In this document: positions 8,546 through 18,493 of the stretch, piece by piece | How the letters are laid out: each line of letters opens with the position of its first letter | Position numbering within the stretch: position 1 is the first letter of the stretch | IMG/VR virus record: IMGVR_UViG_3300028844_005117 | Span: 8,683-72,682 of that record | Origin: a virus | Reading direction: 5' to 3' (one strand) | Length of the DNA: 64,000 nucleotides | Notes under the pieces: model-generated | Told to the model about the DNA's origin: nothing | What the model saw: only the letters and a program-made list of their open reading frames with translations | Database searches by the model: none | Program-made: the position numbers and the translations under genes

Positions 8546-9366
8546 TACACTTTCTTTTTTCGTATTTTCTTAGGTGTATCCCTAGCTATCATTTTGTTCC
8601 ACTTATTAACCTTAGTAGCAACAGGTGTGAAAACATCAGAAATCATCGCTATTGATAATCCTATACCAGTTAACCACCCAACTAGTGGTTTTATAGAGGA
8701 TAAGTTTTTCATCATATCCCTTAAACCATTAAAAAAATCCAAAGAACTTATTAATGATGTTGCGAATCCACTTGTAAGAGTTTCAATACTATTTTCTATT
8801 GGTTTGATTAACTTTATGGAGATATAATTAATTAACAATAATAAACCAGCCTTTAATAAGAACCCCCTCCAACCATCTTGACTTAGTAGTTTTTTAATTA
8901 TATCAGTTACTTTTTTAAGGACACCTAAGATTTTATCTGCAACCTTAGCAGCCTTACCCTTAATCTTATCTACAATTACCTCAATGGTTGTTGTGAATTT
9001 TTGTAATCCAGTCTCAAGATTTGTACCCATCAACGAATTACTCACTATCATTGTATTTCTACTTTGGACCATGTCTTTTAATAATACCATTATATCTGGT
9101 ATTGATTTTACAACCTCAACAGTTTTATCATACTTATCTTTTACATAGCTTTTTATTGATGATAACATATCTTCAAAAAGTAATTGTTCTTCAATAATTC
9201 TTTTTCTAATTGATAGGTCTAAGTGTTCATTAAGACTTGTATTAATACCTAATATATGATTAACATGTTCCCAATCATTAATTAATCTTAATGATTCTTC
9301 CGACAATAATCGTTTCTTTTCATTTAAAATTAACTCTTCCCTTAGTAGTGTTTTTACAATAACCAT
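8545..9366 (-). CDS. hypothetical membrane-associated late protein
   Basis: two hydrophobic segments; late motif at 9370-9377. Confidence 0.7.
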   Translation of the reverse strand: MVIVKTLLREELILNEKKRLLSEESLRLINDWEHVNHILGINTSLNEHLDLSIRKRIIEEQLLFEDMLSSIKSYVKDKYDKTVEVVKSIPDIMVLLKDMVQSRNTMIVSNSLMGTNLETGLQKFTTTIEVIVDKIKGKAAKVADKILGVLKKVTDIIKKLLSQDGWRGFLLKAGLLLLINYISIKLIKPIENSIETLTSGFATSLISSLDFFNGLRDMMKNLSSIKPLVGWLTGIGLSIAMISDVFTPVATKVNKWNKMIARDTPKKIRKKKV

Positions 9367-9380
9367 AATTATAAATACAT

Positions 9381-9410
9381 AAAAAAAGGCGCAAATTGCG
9401 CCTTTTCTTT
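9381..9410 (-). terminator. intrinsic terminator (possibly bidirectional) after clpC
   Basis: A7-ggcgca-aat-tgcgcc-T-rich. Confidence 0.8.
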
Positions 9411-11841
9411 ATTTTGTTTTTGGTTTCTTCTTTTTGATAACCTTTATCACTATCTTCTCGGACTTTTCATCATAATCAATCCTTAGTGTATCACCTTCTG
9501 ATGCGTTACCAGATAAGACTTCATCAGCAATTGGGTCTTCAACATATCGTTGGATTGTTCTAGCTAATGGTCTTGCACCGTACTCTGGGTCATATCCTTT
9601 ATCTGCTAAGTACTTTATAGCATTCTTACCCAATTTAAGTTCAAACCCCATTTCATTTATCCTTCCTTCTAGGTTTTCTAATTCATTATAAATGATTTTG
9701 TGAATATCTTCTGAACTAAGTCCGTTAAATATAACTGTATCATCAATTCTATTAAGGAATTCTGGTTTGAATTTCTTCTTGAGTGCTTTTTCGATAATAT
9801 TTCTTGCTCGTTCTTCCTCATTTGCAATCTCTGCACCAGTATTGAACCCTAATCCTGTTCCGAATTGAGATAATTCTTTGACACCAATGTTAGATGTCAT
9901 GATGATAAGTGTATTTCTAAAGTTTACCTTCCTACCAAGTCCATCAGTCAAGTGACCTTCATCTAGTAGTTGTAAAAGTAGATTGAATACATCGTCATGT
10001 GCTTTCTCAATCTCATCAAATAAGATAACTGAGTGTGGTTTTCTACGAACCTTTTCAGTCAATTGACCACCTTCTTCGTAACCAACGTAACCTGGCGGTG
10101 GACCAATAAGTCTAGACACTGAGAACTTCTCCATATATTCAGACATATCCATTCTAAGAAGATTATCTTCATCACCGAATACATGCTCTGCTAGTAATTT
10201 AGCTAGGTATGTCTTACCAACACCTGTAGGTCCAAGGAAAATGAATGAACCAATTGGTTTCTTACGGTCTTTAATTCCGATACGACTTCTCTTGATTGCC
10301 TTAACAACTTTATTTACTGCATCATCTTGTCCAATAACTTTACCAGTTAAGTCTGTATCCAATTCAAGTAACTTCTTACTTTCTTGTGTAGATATCTTAG
10401 ATAATGGAATACCAGTCATCATTGATACAACCTCACTAATCAAGTCCACATCAACAACAGTTTGTTCTTTAGACATACTCTCAATCCAAATATCCTTAGC
10501 TTTAGTCAACTCATCGTTTATTTTACGTTCCTCATCTCTAAGTGCCGCAGCCTTCTCGTATTTCTGTTTAGTAACAACTAACATTTTTTCCTCCTTGATA
10601 ACATCTATCTTAAGTTCTAGTTCCTTTATTTCCTCTGGAGTCTCAACATTTACATTTGTTGATGAACCAGCCTCATCCATGATGTCAATTGCCTTGTCTG
10701 GCATTGCTCTATCAGAAATATATCTATCAGCCATTTTAACACATTCCTCAATAGCTTCATCAGTATAGGTAACCTTGTGGTGTGCCTCGTATCTATCACG
10801 AATATTTTTAAGTATTGTAATTGTTTCCTCTAAACTTGGCTCTTCAATTAATACTTGTTGGAATCTTCTTGTAAGTGCACCATTGTTTGATGCATCTAAA
10901 GAACCAGAAGCATTACCAGCCCCAACAATTGTATGGATTTCATCAATAAATAAAACAACATCTGGGTTCTTCTTTAATTCTTCAAGGATAGCTTTCATTC
11001 TTTCCTCAAATTGACCTCTATATTTTGTACCAGCAACAATAGATGCTAAATCCAATGAATATAATTTCTTATCTAAAAGTGTTATTGGTGCCTTACCATC
11101 TTTGATTAGTTGGGCTAACCCTTCAACGATGGAAGTTTTACCAACACCTGGCTCACCGATAAGAATCGGATTATTCTTCTTTCTTCTAGATAGTATTTGT
11201 GAAACTCTCTTGATTTCTTTCTCACGTCCAATAACATGGTCAATCTTCCCTTCATCAACAGCCTTGCTGATATCACGACAAAAGTTATCTAAGACTGGTG
11301 TTTTAGTAGCACTAATTTTCCCCTTAGATTTTTTACCACCAGTTCCACCTTCGTTACCAAAATCATATTCATCTTCATTTGTGGAATTATTAATATCTTC
11401 TCTCATTTGTTTAATCATTTGTTTAAAACTCTTATAATTCACACCCATATTTAATATAATCTTCTTAGTTTGTGTATTATTCTTTAGGATTGCTAACATT
11501 AAATGTGTGGTGTCAATCATAGTATCATCAACTCCTTCACACTCTTCATCAACAGAATTAAAGATAAGTTTGGTTATTTTACAGAATGGTCTCTTTAACT
11601 TCTTAGCATTAACTAATCTAGGTGTTAAGTCTGATTTGTTTAAGTGGTCATAGACTAAGTCATAGAGTATATTGATATCTACACCTAGGGCTTCTAAAAT
11701 ATCAATACATTTATTGTTATTATTTTTTATTATCGAAAGTGTGATGTGTTCTGGTCTAACATTTACATCATCCATATCTTTCGCTATAACCATCGAGTCA
11801 TTGATGATTCTTTTTACTTTTGGTATTATTTCTCTCTTCAT
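9409..11841 (-). CDS. clpC: ClpC-like Hsp100 AAA+ ATPase (start MKREIIP at 11841); NBD1 carries an internal deletion
   Basis: Clp N domain, GEPGVGKT, LFIDEIH, UVR domain, GPTGVGKT, FDEIEKAH, YGARPL. Confidence 0.92.
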   Translation of the reverse strand: MKREIIPKVKRIINDSMVIAKDMDDVNVRPEHITLSIIKNNNNKCIDILEALGVDINILYDLVYDHLNKSDLTPRLVNAKKLKRPFCKITKLIFNSVDEECEGVDDTMIDTTHLMLAILKNNTQTKKIILNMGVNYKSFKQMIKQMREDINNSTNEDEYDFGNEGGTGGKKSKGKISATKTPVLDNFCRDISKAVDEGKIDHVIGREKEIKRVSQILSRRKKNNPILIGEPGVGKTSIVEGLAQLIKDGKAPITLLDKKLYSLDLASIVAGTKYRGQFEERMKAILEELKKNPDVVLFIDEIHTIVGAGNASGSLDASNNGALTRRFQQVLIEEPSLEETITILKNIRDRYEAHHKVTYTDEAIEECVKMADRYISDRAMPDKAIDIMDEAGSSTNVNVETPEEIKELELKIDVIKEEKMLVVTKQKYEKAAALRDEERKINDELTKAKDIWIESMSKEQTVVDVDLISEVVSMMTGIPLSKISTQESKKLLELDTDLTGKVIGQDDAVNKVVKAIKRSRIGIKDRKKPIGSFIFLGPTGVGKTYLAKLLAEHVFGDEDNLLRMDMSEYMEKFSVSRLIGPPPGYVGYEEGGQLTEKVRRKPHSVILFDEIEKAHDDVFNLLLQLLDEGHLTDGLGRKVNFRNTLIIMTSNIGVKELSQFGTGLGFNTGAEIANEEERARNIIEKALKKKFKPEFLNRIDDTVIFNGLSSEDIHKIIYNELENLEGRINEMGFELKLGKNAIKYLADKGYDPEYGARPLARTIQRYVEDPIADEVLSGNASEGDTLRIDYDEKSEKIVIKVIKKKKPKTK

Positions 11842-11847
11842 ATCTTC

Positions 11848-11911
11848 CAAATATACTACAAATTTATTATTAAAACAACCTTGATTTTTAATAATAAATA
11901 GCGTATATTTG
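11848..11911. promoter_or_regulatory. divergent Bacteroidota-type promoters for clpC (-) and the KTSC gene (+)
   Basis: minus: TTG-N20-TATATTTG (11878-11848); plus: TTG(11881)-N20-TATATTTG(11904-11911). Confidence 0.6.
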
Positions 11912-11951
11912 GAGTATAACGAAAATAACAAAAAAGTAAATCTTAAAACAC

Positions 11952-12404
11952 ATGTTAGTAAAAAGAACAGAAAAAGACGGAGTAGTAAATGCACTCTATG
12001 ATTCAAGCAATATTCTAGGCTCAAAATGGAATGGAAAAAATTTAACCGTACTCTTTAAGCACGGTGCATCATACACGTATAACGATGTATCTAAAACAGA
12101 CTATATGAGATTCGAGACTGCTGACAGTCAAGGTGTGGTATTAAACGCTAAGATTAAAGCATATAGCTTTACTAAGAATGATGCTGTTGATGGTCAAGAA
12201 TTAATCAACGAAGTAAACCAAGCTAAAGCTGATACCCTTACTAAATTTGAGGAAGGTCTTGTTGATGAGATGAGACTTATTGTTTCTGCTTATGAAACTA
12301 GTCCAATATTAACTAAACAATCAATCGAAAGACTTGGGGAGATGCTTGTAAAGCATGGTGAGTTAGGTGGAGCCGCATCATTAAAGCTTTGTGCTTGTGA
12401 TTAA
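11952..12404 (+). CDS. KTSC-domain protein
   Basis: SSNI...F..G.SYTY.DV...Y..F..ADSQG pattern. Confidence 0.7.
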   Translation: MLVKRTEKDGVVNALYDSSNILGSKWNGKNLTVLFKHGASYTYNDVSKTDYMRFETADSQGVVLNAKIKAYSFTKNDAVDGQELINEVNQAKADTLTKFEEGLVDEMRLIVSAYETSPILTKQSIERLGEMLVKHGELGGAASLKLCACD

Positions 12405-13413
12405 TGTTGATAAGGGTTATACCGACCTTTTGTATAAGATAATTGATAATGGTGTGATTAAAGAAAATAGAACTGGTACTCCTACTATTTCTATTTTCTC
12501 ACACACACTTGAGATTGATATGTCTGATGGTTTTCCTCTTCTTACAACTAAGAAGATGTTTTCAAAGGGTATTATCCATGAACTACTTTGGTTCTTAAAC
12601 GGTGACACCAACGTAAAATACCTTGTTGATAATGGAGTTAATATTTGGACACCAGATGCATATAAAAAATTCGAGCGGTTAGATTGGTATGATACTGGCT
12701 TCGATGAGATGTCAAAGGATAAGTATTCAGAAAAGATTAAGTCAGATAAAGACTTTGCCGATAAATGGGGTGAGTTAGGTCCTATTTATGGTCACCAATG
12801 GAGAAAGTGGAATGGTAATGTAGACCAAATTAAAGATGTAATTGATAAGCTGAGGTTTAATCCAGACTCTCGTAGAATTATGGTTAGTGCTTGGAACGTT
12901 AGTGATTTAGATAAAATGACACTACCACCTTGTCATTGGTCCTTCGAGTTATATACTGAGGAATTGACTGATGAAGAAAGGATAGAATGGCTTAATACTC
13001 ATAACGTATTTGTTTCTAAAAGTCAAAGTAACGAAGATGGTACCCTAACAGAAAGTGGTAAGAAACAACTAGATAAAATAATCCCAAAGCGTAAACTTTC
13101 ACTTAAGTGGCACCAACGTTCGGTGGATACATTCTTAGGACTTCCATTTAACATAGCTAGTTATGCATTGTTGTTAGAGATGTTTGCACAACAATGTAAT
13201 ATGGTTCCAGATAAGTTAATCGGTGACCTCACCAACGTACATATCTATACGAATCATCTAGAACAATCTTTAGAACAAATTGGTCGAATACCAATGAAGT
13301 TATGTAAACTTAAATTGAAAAAAGCTGATGATATCTTTTCGTATACGTTTGATGATGTTCAGTTTCTTGATTATGAGTCACATCCACCCATAAAGGGTAA
13401 GATATCCGTTTAA
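12391..13413 (+). CDS. thyA: thymidylate synthase
   Basis: RTGT, FPLLTTKK, LPPCH, QRSVD-LGLPFNIASY, HIY. Confidence 0.97.
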   Translation: MLVINVDKGYTDLLYKIIDNGVIKENRTGTPTISIFSHTLEIDMSDGFPLLTTKKMFSKGIIHELLWFLNGDTNVKYLVDNGVNIWTPDAYKKFERLDWYDTGFDEMSKDKYSEKIKSDKDFADKWGELGPIYGHQWRKWNGNVDQIKDVIDKLRFNPDSRRIMVSAWNVSDLDKMTLPPCHWSFELYTEELTDEERIEWLNTHNVFVSKSQSNEDGTLTESGKKQLDKIIPKRKLSLKWHQRSVDTFLGLPFNIASYALLLEMFAQQCNMVPDKLIGDLTNVHIYTNHLEQSLEQIGRIPMKLCKLKLKKADDIFSYTFDDVQFLDYESHPPIKGKISV

Positions 13414-13422
13414 AATGTAACT

Positions 13423-13447
13423 AAAGTACCCATGTGGTGCTTTTTTT
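13423..13447 (+). terminator. intrinsic terminator
   Basis: aaagtacc-catgt-ggtgcttt followed by a T-run. Confidence 0.65.
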
Positions 13448-13497
13448 ATTATCTAGAGATATTTATATTTATAAAGTAGAATTTTAATAAAATAGAT

Positions 13498-13749
13498 ATG
13501 CCATTACACAACGGAATTAATTCAATTATCCATTTATCATCAAGTGCAGATACTAGCGGTTACACATATACACAAGTTTATGCTGGTGCTGGTGCATCTC
13601 CCGTAATTAACGGGGTAACAGTGGTTATGGCTGCTGGGTCAACAATAGATGTGGTAGTAAATACAATAAGTTCAACTGCCAATGTATATGTTATTGGTGA
13701 TGCTGCTAGTACTACGGACCCAGGTGGAACTGCTGGTATAATTTTATAA
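13498..13749 (+). CDS. small Gly/Thr/Val-rich protein, possible virion decoration
   Basis: 83 aa, beta-rich composition, tandem late motif upstream. Confidence 0.65.
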   Translation: MPLHNGINSIIHLSSSADTSGYTYTQVYAGAGASPVINGVTVVMAAGSTIDVVVNTISSTANVYVIGDAASTTDPGGTAGIIL

Positions 13750-13792
13750 CTTTACAGAAATCACTAATATTTATATAAAAAGATTAATAAAC

Positions 13793-14578
13793 ATGAAAAA
13801 CTCAAATATAAGACCAGTTGGATTAAAAGGACAGGAGAACATCAGTAGAATGAAAGACTTGATGGATATAACACCAATCAAAGAAAGTGTAAATAGGTCT
13901 GTTGTAGAAATATCCAAAATGGGACCAGATGGTAAAGCTTACGCTATCGTTAAAGAAAACAGTGAGTATTACATCAAGGTTAGTGATAAGACTGAAAACT
14001 TAGTAACTGAGGATTTCAATTACATGGGTGGTCTTATGAACAAAAAGAGTGAGGCTTATCCTTCATATGCTAAGGCAACTAAACATTTAAACCTTAAATT
14101 CATGTCATTGGCTGAATCATTAGGTACTGAGAAAGTATTCAACATACTTAGAAATGATAACCTATTAAACGAGGGAACAGACATCAACGGTGGTGACGCT
14201 AAGGTTGATAAAAAGACTTCTGGTGATAACCTTGCAACTGGTGATAACATCGGAGAAGATGATTTCGAGAAAGCTAAGGCTGATGGAACAAAAGATGGTA
14301 ACACTGGTACACACGCTGAAAAGCATGTAATGGAAGAAGTTGAATTAACAGAGGACGAAACATACATCGATGAGATGATTGACCCAAGTAAAGTAGTAGA
14401 GGAAGAAGAAATTACTGAATCTAAAACAAACAAAGGTATTAGTATTGCTGAATCAATGGAAAAAATTGATGGTATTATTGATTCCGTTACACCAAGTGAT
14501 AAGGTTAATGAAATCCTTGAAGGACTTACTGAAAGTGAGACTCTTAGATTAGCAGAACTTTTAAAAAAAAAAGCATAA
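13793..14578 (+). CDS. hypothetical late protein ending at an A10 run (LKKKA*)
   Basis: 261 aa; late motif at 13768; many (I/L)xE motifs. Confidence 0.8.
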   Translation: MKNSNIRPVGLKGQENISRMKDLMDITPIKESVNRSVVEISKMGPDGKAYAIVKENSEYYIKVSDKTENLVTEDFNYMGGLMNKKSEAYPSYAKATKHLNLKFMSLAESLGTEKVFNILRNDNLLNEGTDINGGDAKVDKKTSGDNLATGDNIGEDDFEKAKADGTKDGNTGTHAEKHVMEEVELTEDETYIDEMIDPSKVVEEEEITESKTNKGISIAESMEKIDGIIDSVTPSDKVNEILEGLTESETLRLAELLKKKA

Positions 14579-16200
14579 GTGAAAATTCTATAGAACTAAA
14601 AACTTTAGGTGAATCAGAAGAAGCATGGAAATCTGGTGATGGAGTTGAATTTCTAGATAATTTAGTATTTGTTCGAGTTGTTACTGATAATAAAGTTGTT
14701 GGTAAGGAAAGAATGTTGACACCTAACCCAGATTTGGGAAATTTTAATTTTGAGTTAATTAAAAAATTAAATGGTGGTAAGTCTTGGTTAATGACTGATT
14801 CTTATGGTAACAAATATGTAATCTCAACAAACGAATTAAATAAAAGAGGTGGTAGTCTAGGTAATAAATGGAATGATTCTGGGATTTCATCAATTGGTGA
14901 AGCATCACAAAAAAACATAACTGAGGCTAATACTATTGTTTGGTCTAAAAGTGAATTAACAAAAATGGTTTACCAAGATGGTAAGCCATATTTCAGTAAA
15001 CCTAAGGTGTTCGCTTCAATTGAAGATTTAACAACTGATATAAACCATTATAAAAATAATGATATTTATAAGGATTATAAATTAATCATAAATGAGACTC
15101 ATTCTGATGGGATGTCTACTGGTCTATTTGCAGACGAGGAAGATGGTTATAACATAGATACAAAAAATTTAGAGGAAACAAAATACGTGTTGAAGGGCAG
15201 TGCCCCTTCAACCGATTCTTCTATGGAAGATGAAATGCCTTTACCAGATGATGCAGAAATGGAAGACCCGTTAGCTGGATTAGATGATATGGATGCTGAG
15301 GGTGGTGATAAACCATTTGATGATGAACCATTCGATGCTGAGGTTGAGGCTGATGAAGATACAGACCCAGAAAAATACATACAACAACTTTCTGGAAAAT
15401 TAGGACAATCACTAAGACAATATACCGAAGATGAAGGTCAACCAGACTTTGACCTTGAGAAATTTGCAGTTAATTCTGTATTATCCGCTACACATACAGG
15501 TGAGATGGACAAAGAAGACCAACGAGATATTATTAACAAGGTTAAAGATTCTGGGAATGAGGACCCAGAAGACATGCCTGTAGATGGTGAAGAAGATATT
15601 GAAGAACCAATAGATAATGAGGTAGAGAATGAAGACAACTTCGACTTTGGTGAGGAACCAGTAGAAGAAGCAGACTCTAGATTTGGTAAAGATGAACGTT
15701 GGGGTTCTGGTGATAAACGTTGGGGAGATGATGACCGTTGGGGTGCTGGTTTGCAAGAGTCAGAAAAAAATCGTACCTTTGTAGATAAAGACAAAATTAT
15801 GGAAGCTGCTGAACCATTGGTGGAACCTGTTACTAAACCAACAGTAAAACCAGAGAGAAAAAGAGAAATTGATAGACCATTCTTACCAAAGAGAAAAGAT
15901 AAGGTTAAAGTACCACCTAAGGCTGGAGAAATGATGCATGAAGAAGGTGATTCAGAAGGAATCGAATTCAACGGGAGTGTGGTTGATGTTAATACTATTA
16001 ACATTGAAGGTGTTAAGGTTAATGATTATCCAGACTTTGTAGATGCATTTATAGCTTCTGCATCATATGTAAATGGTAAACCTTTAACTGATGATGAGTT
16101 AGTTAACTTTCAAGGTGAAAATGATATGTTAGTAAATGATATAATTTTTGACAAACAGCTTTATGCGTCTTATGATGAAGACGGAGGTAAATACGAATAA
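14572..16200 (+). CDS. acidic protein; -1 frame continuation of the 13793 ORF
   Basis: frame is open from 14548 through the listed ATG at 14713 to 16200. Confidence 0.7.
   Translation, partial: SISENSIELKTLGESEEAWKSGDGVEFLDNLVFVRVVTDNKVVGKERMLTPNPDLGNFNFELIKKLNGGKSWLMTDSYGNKYVISTNELNKRGGSLGNKWNDSGISSIGEASQKNITEANTIVWSKSELTKMVYQDGKPYFSKPKVFASIEDLTTDINHYKNNDIYKDYKLIINETHSDGMSTGLFADEEDGYNIDTKNLEETKYVLKGSAPSTDSSMEDEMPLPDDAEMEDPLAGLDDMDAEGGDKPFDDEPFDAEVEADEDTDPEKYIQQLSGKLGQSLRQYTEDEGQPDFDLEKFAVNSVLSATHTGEMDKEDQRDIINKVKDSGNEDPEDMPVDGEEDIEEPIDNEVENEDNFDFGEEPVEEADSRFGKDERWGSGDKRWGDDDRWGAGLQESEKNRTFVDKDKIMEAAEPLVEPVTKPTVKPERKREIDRPFLPKRKDKVKVPPKAGEMMHEEGDSEGIEFNGSVVDVNTINIEGVKVNDYPDFVDAFIASASYVNGKPLTDDELVNFQGENDMLVNDIIFDKQLYASYDEDGGKYE
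15673..15747 (+). repeat. coding DxR(W/F)G tandem repeat x4
   Basis: DSRFG-KDERWG-SGDKRWG-DDDRWG. Confidence 0.7.
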
Positions 16201-16202
16201 TA

Positions 16203-16631
16203 ATGGAAGAATTATACTTGATATATATTCATGTGATTGGGAGTGATAGAAAGGGTGTTGCACTCTATGAGTTTATCTTTTCAGATACAAAAGAAAATGT
16301 TGATGGTGATGGTTGGGATTCAATCCCAGCTGGTGGTAATCCAAACCCTCCATTTGAAGAATTGGTAAAGAAAGTTGGTGTATTGGTATCACCAGATAAA
16401 CAATTTAATGTCATACAAGATAATGATTCATTTTCAGTATGGGATGCAGTAGATGGGGTAATTGGATTAGCTTGGGAGAATATGGATGGTTATGAAGTAT
16501 ACCCAGAATCAAGATTACACTTTCACTTCGGTGAAGAAATAAAAGATGTAGAGTCAAAGCTTTACGAACATGACCTAATATTAGATTACAAGAAAGAATT
16601 GAGCAATGGACAGAAAGAAGAAGATAACTAA
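16203..16631 (+). CDS. hypothetical phage protein
   Basis: 142 aa, coupled to neighbouring genes. Confidence 0.8.
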   Translation: MEELYLIYIHVIGSDRKGVALYEFIFSDTKENVDGDGWDSIPAGGNPNPPFEELVKKVGVLVSPDKQFNVIQDNDSFSVWDAVDGVIGLAWENMDGYEVYPESRLHFHFGEEIKDVESKLYEHDLILDYKKELSNGQKEEDN

Positions 16632-17199
16632 AGGGTTAAAGACCATAAATGAAGGAGGACCTATTGATGCTAAGGAATTAGAAGCAAATATCGATAATTT
16701 AGTTGATATCGCTGGGAATAGTTTAGGTATTGACGAGCCAGAAGCTAAAAGTTTTGTTGCTGGTATTGTTGGTGAGGGTGATGGTGTTGTAAGTAGAGGT
16801 ATTGAACACGGAATGAACCCAGAGGTTCAAGCTGATGAATACGAAGATTATAGAGCTCTTATGAACCAATTAGCATCTGATGAAGGTGAAACACCAATAG
16901 ATGAGGGTAATGACCCAGTAAAACTTAAGAACGATGTTGCTAGGGTTTTAGGAAAATTAGATATGTCGTCTATTCAACCATACTTAGTAAAGATAGATAA
17001 TCCAACAGAACAAGCAGAAATGATTGGGCAATTTGCTGAAAAAATTGGGGTACCAAGAGCAAAACTTACAGCAATAATTGCACAACTTAAAATTACATCA
17101 AAAGCAGAACAAAATGGTGCACCTCAAAATACCGCAAATGAAAATATAAAGACTAATAAGAACGTTATAAGAACAGTTAAAGTAAAAGATATTAAGTAA
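16606..17199 (+). CDS. hypothetical protein
   Basis: 197 aa; stop overlaps the next start (TAATG). Confidence 0.8.
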   Translation: MDRKKKITKGLKTINEGGPIDAKELEANIDNLVDIAGNSLGIDEPEAKSFVAGIVGEGDGVVSRGIEHGMNPEVQADEYEDYRALMNQLASDEGETPIDEGNDPVKLKNDVARVLGKLDMSSIQPYLVKIDNPTEQAEMIGQFAEKIGVPRAKLTAIIAQLKITSKAEQNGAPQNTANENIKTNKNVIRTVKVKDIK

Positions 17200-18410
17200 T
17201 GGATTATAGAAAACTAGCAAAGAAGTCTTTAGATGAGGCAAGGAAACCTAAGCAACCAATGAATGAGAACATTAGGTATGCTGAGGGTCATAGTGAAAGA
17301 ATGGACCCACAACTTGAAAGAGAGTTAAAGGAAAGAAAACATTCATTAGGTGACCACCCAATATTTCCAGAGAGTGATGAAATGACTTTCGAACAAAAGA
17401 TTGTTGGTGAGAGATTCGAAGATGTAATGAAGAATTACAAAGAGAAATTTGAGGTTAGTGAAATAGATAACCAAGCAGTTATGCATGACCAATTACCAAT
17501 GGTTAGTGATTGTGTTGAGATTGAGAGTAAGCATAAGAAAGAACTTGAAGACCTAGCTGTTCAAATGATTAGAGATGAATACAATATATCTGAGGATGTT
17601 TGTGAGATTACAGCTGAATTGACTTCTACTATAGATATGGAAGGTACTAAGCGTGAGAAGTCACCAGTAGCTGTAGATTTAGAATTTGATAACCATGCTC
17701 AAATAAAAGAAGCTAACGCTGGGGTATATAAAAGAAGATTCCTTAATGCTATGACACAAGGGGCGGCTAAGAAGTCAAGTCACATGTTCCATATGGTTAA
17801 GAAAGAATTATTAGATATAGACCCAACACTTAGCACTAAGTATGCTAAACTTATAGCAGCCGCTGATTACTGTTATTTTGTTATCCCAAATATGGACCAA
17901 CAAGTTAATGGTGGTGTTGTTAGTGTTACCCTTCCAACAGAAGAAAACCCTAAGTGTCAAATACACGCACAAGGTATGGTATTCCCAGTACTTGTACATG
18001 AGTTGGTTAAGGGTGTTATGGAAATCCTTTCAGCACATGGTTTACCAGAAGAGGAAAAGATGGCTGAATACGTAATTGGTAAGGCTGACTTCTTAGCAGC
18101 TGAACCATGGGATATGAGATTAGGACCAGCATTGTGGGAACGATTTACAAAACTATTTGAAGGTGAAGATTTTAAATATAAACATAATGTTTATTCTGAA
18201 TTAGCTTCATTACCAATTGAAGAGTTTAATCATAATATGAGAGAAATCATGGCTGGGACTAGTGAAGGTAAAGAAATCATTTCAAGATTAGTTGAAGAAA
18301 CGAAGAGTAGAATTAAGGATGATGAATACCGAGACGAGATTGGGGATGACGACTCCAACGGATTCTCACTAAATGACTTAGACGATATCGACATAAACGA
18401 CTTATTGTAA
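17199..18410 (+). CDS. hypothetical protein with HELxxG (possible metal-binding) motif
   Basis: 403 aa, FPVLVHELVKG; followed by a terminator. Confidence 0.85.
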   Translation: MDYRKLAKKSLDEARKPKQPMNENIRYAEGHSERMDPQLERELKERKHSLGDHPIFPESDEMTFEQKIVGERFEDVMKNYKEKFEVSEIDNQAVMHDQLPMVSDCVEIESKHKKELEDLAVQMIRDEYNISEDVCEITAELTSTIDMEGTKREKSPVAVDLEFDNHAQIKEANAGVYKRRFLNAMTQGAAKKSSHMFHMVKKELLDIDPTLSTKYAKLIAAADYCYFVIPNMDQQVNGGVVSVTLPTEENPKCQIHAQGMVFPVLVHELVKGVMEILSAHGLPEEEKMAEYVIGKADFLAAEPWDMRLGPALWERFTKLFEGEDFKYKHNVYSELASLPIEEFNHNMREIMAGTSEGKEIISRLVEETKSRIKDDEYRDEIGDDDSNGFSLNDLDDIDINDLL

Positions 18411-18413
18411 AAG

Positions 18414-18439
18414 AAAGCCTCACCTAGTGAGGCTTTTTT
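18414..18439 (+). terminator. intrinsic terminator
   Basis: aaagcctcac-cta-gtgaggcttt followed by Ts. Confidence 0.85.
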
Positions 18440-18493
18440 GTTTTAGTATATATTTTTTTTATTTTCGTATTATATTTATCAAAACTAAAATAT

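Noticed and set aside
9409-12024. 871-aa ClpC start at 12024
   Set aside because: The first 61 codons overlap the divergent KTSC gene and promoters. MKREIIP at 11841 follows a TAnnTTTG promoter.
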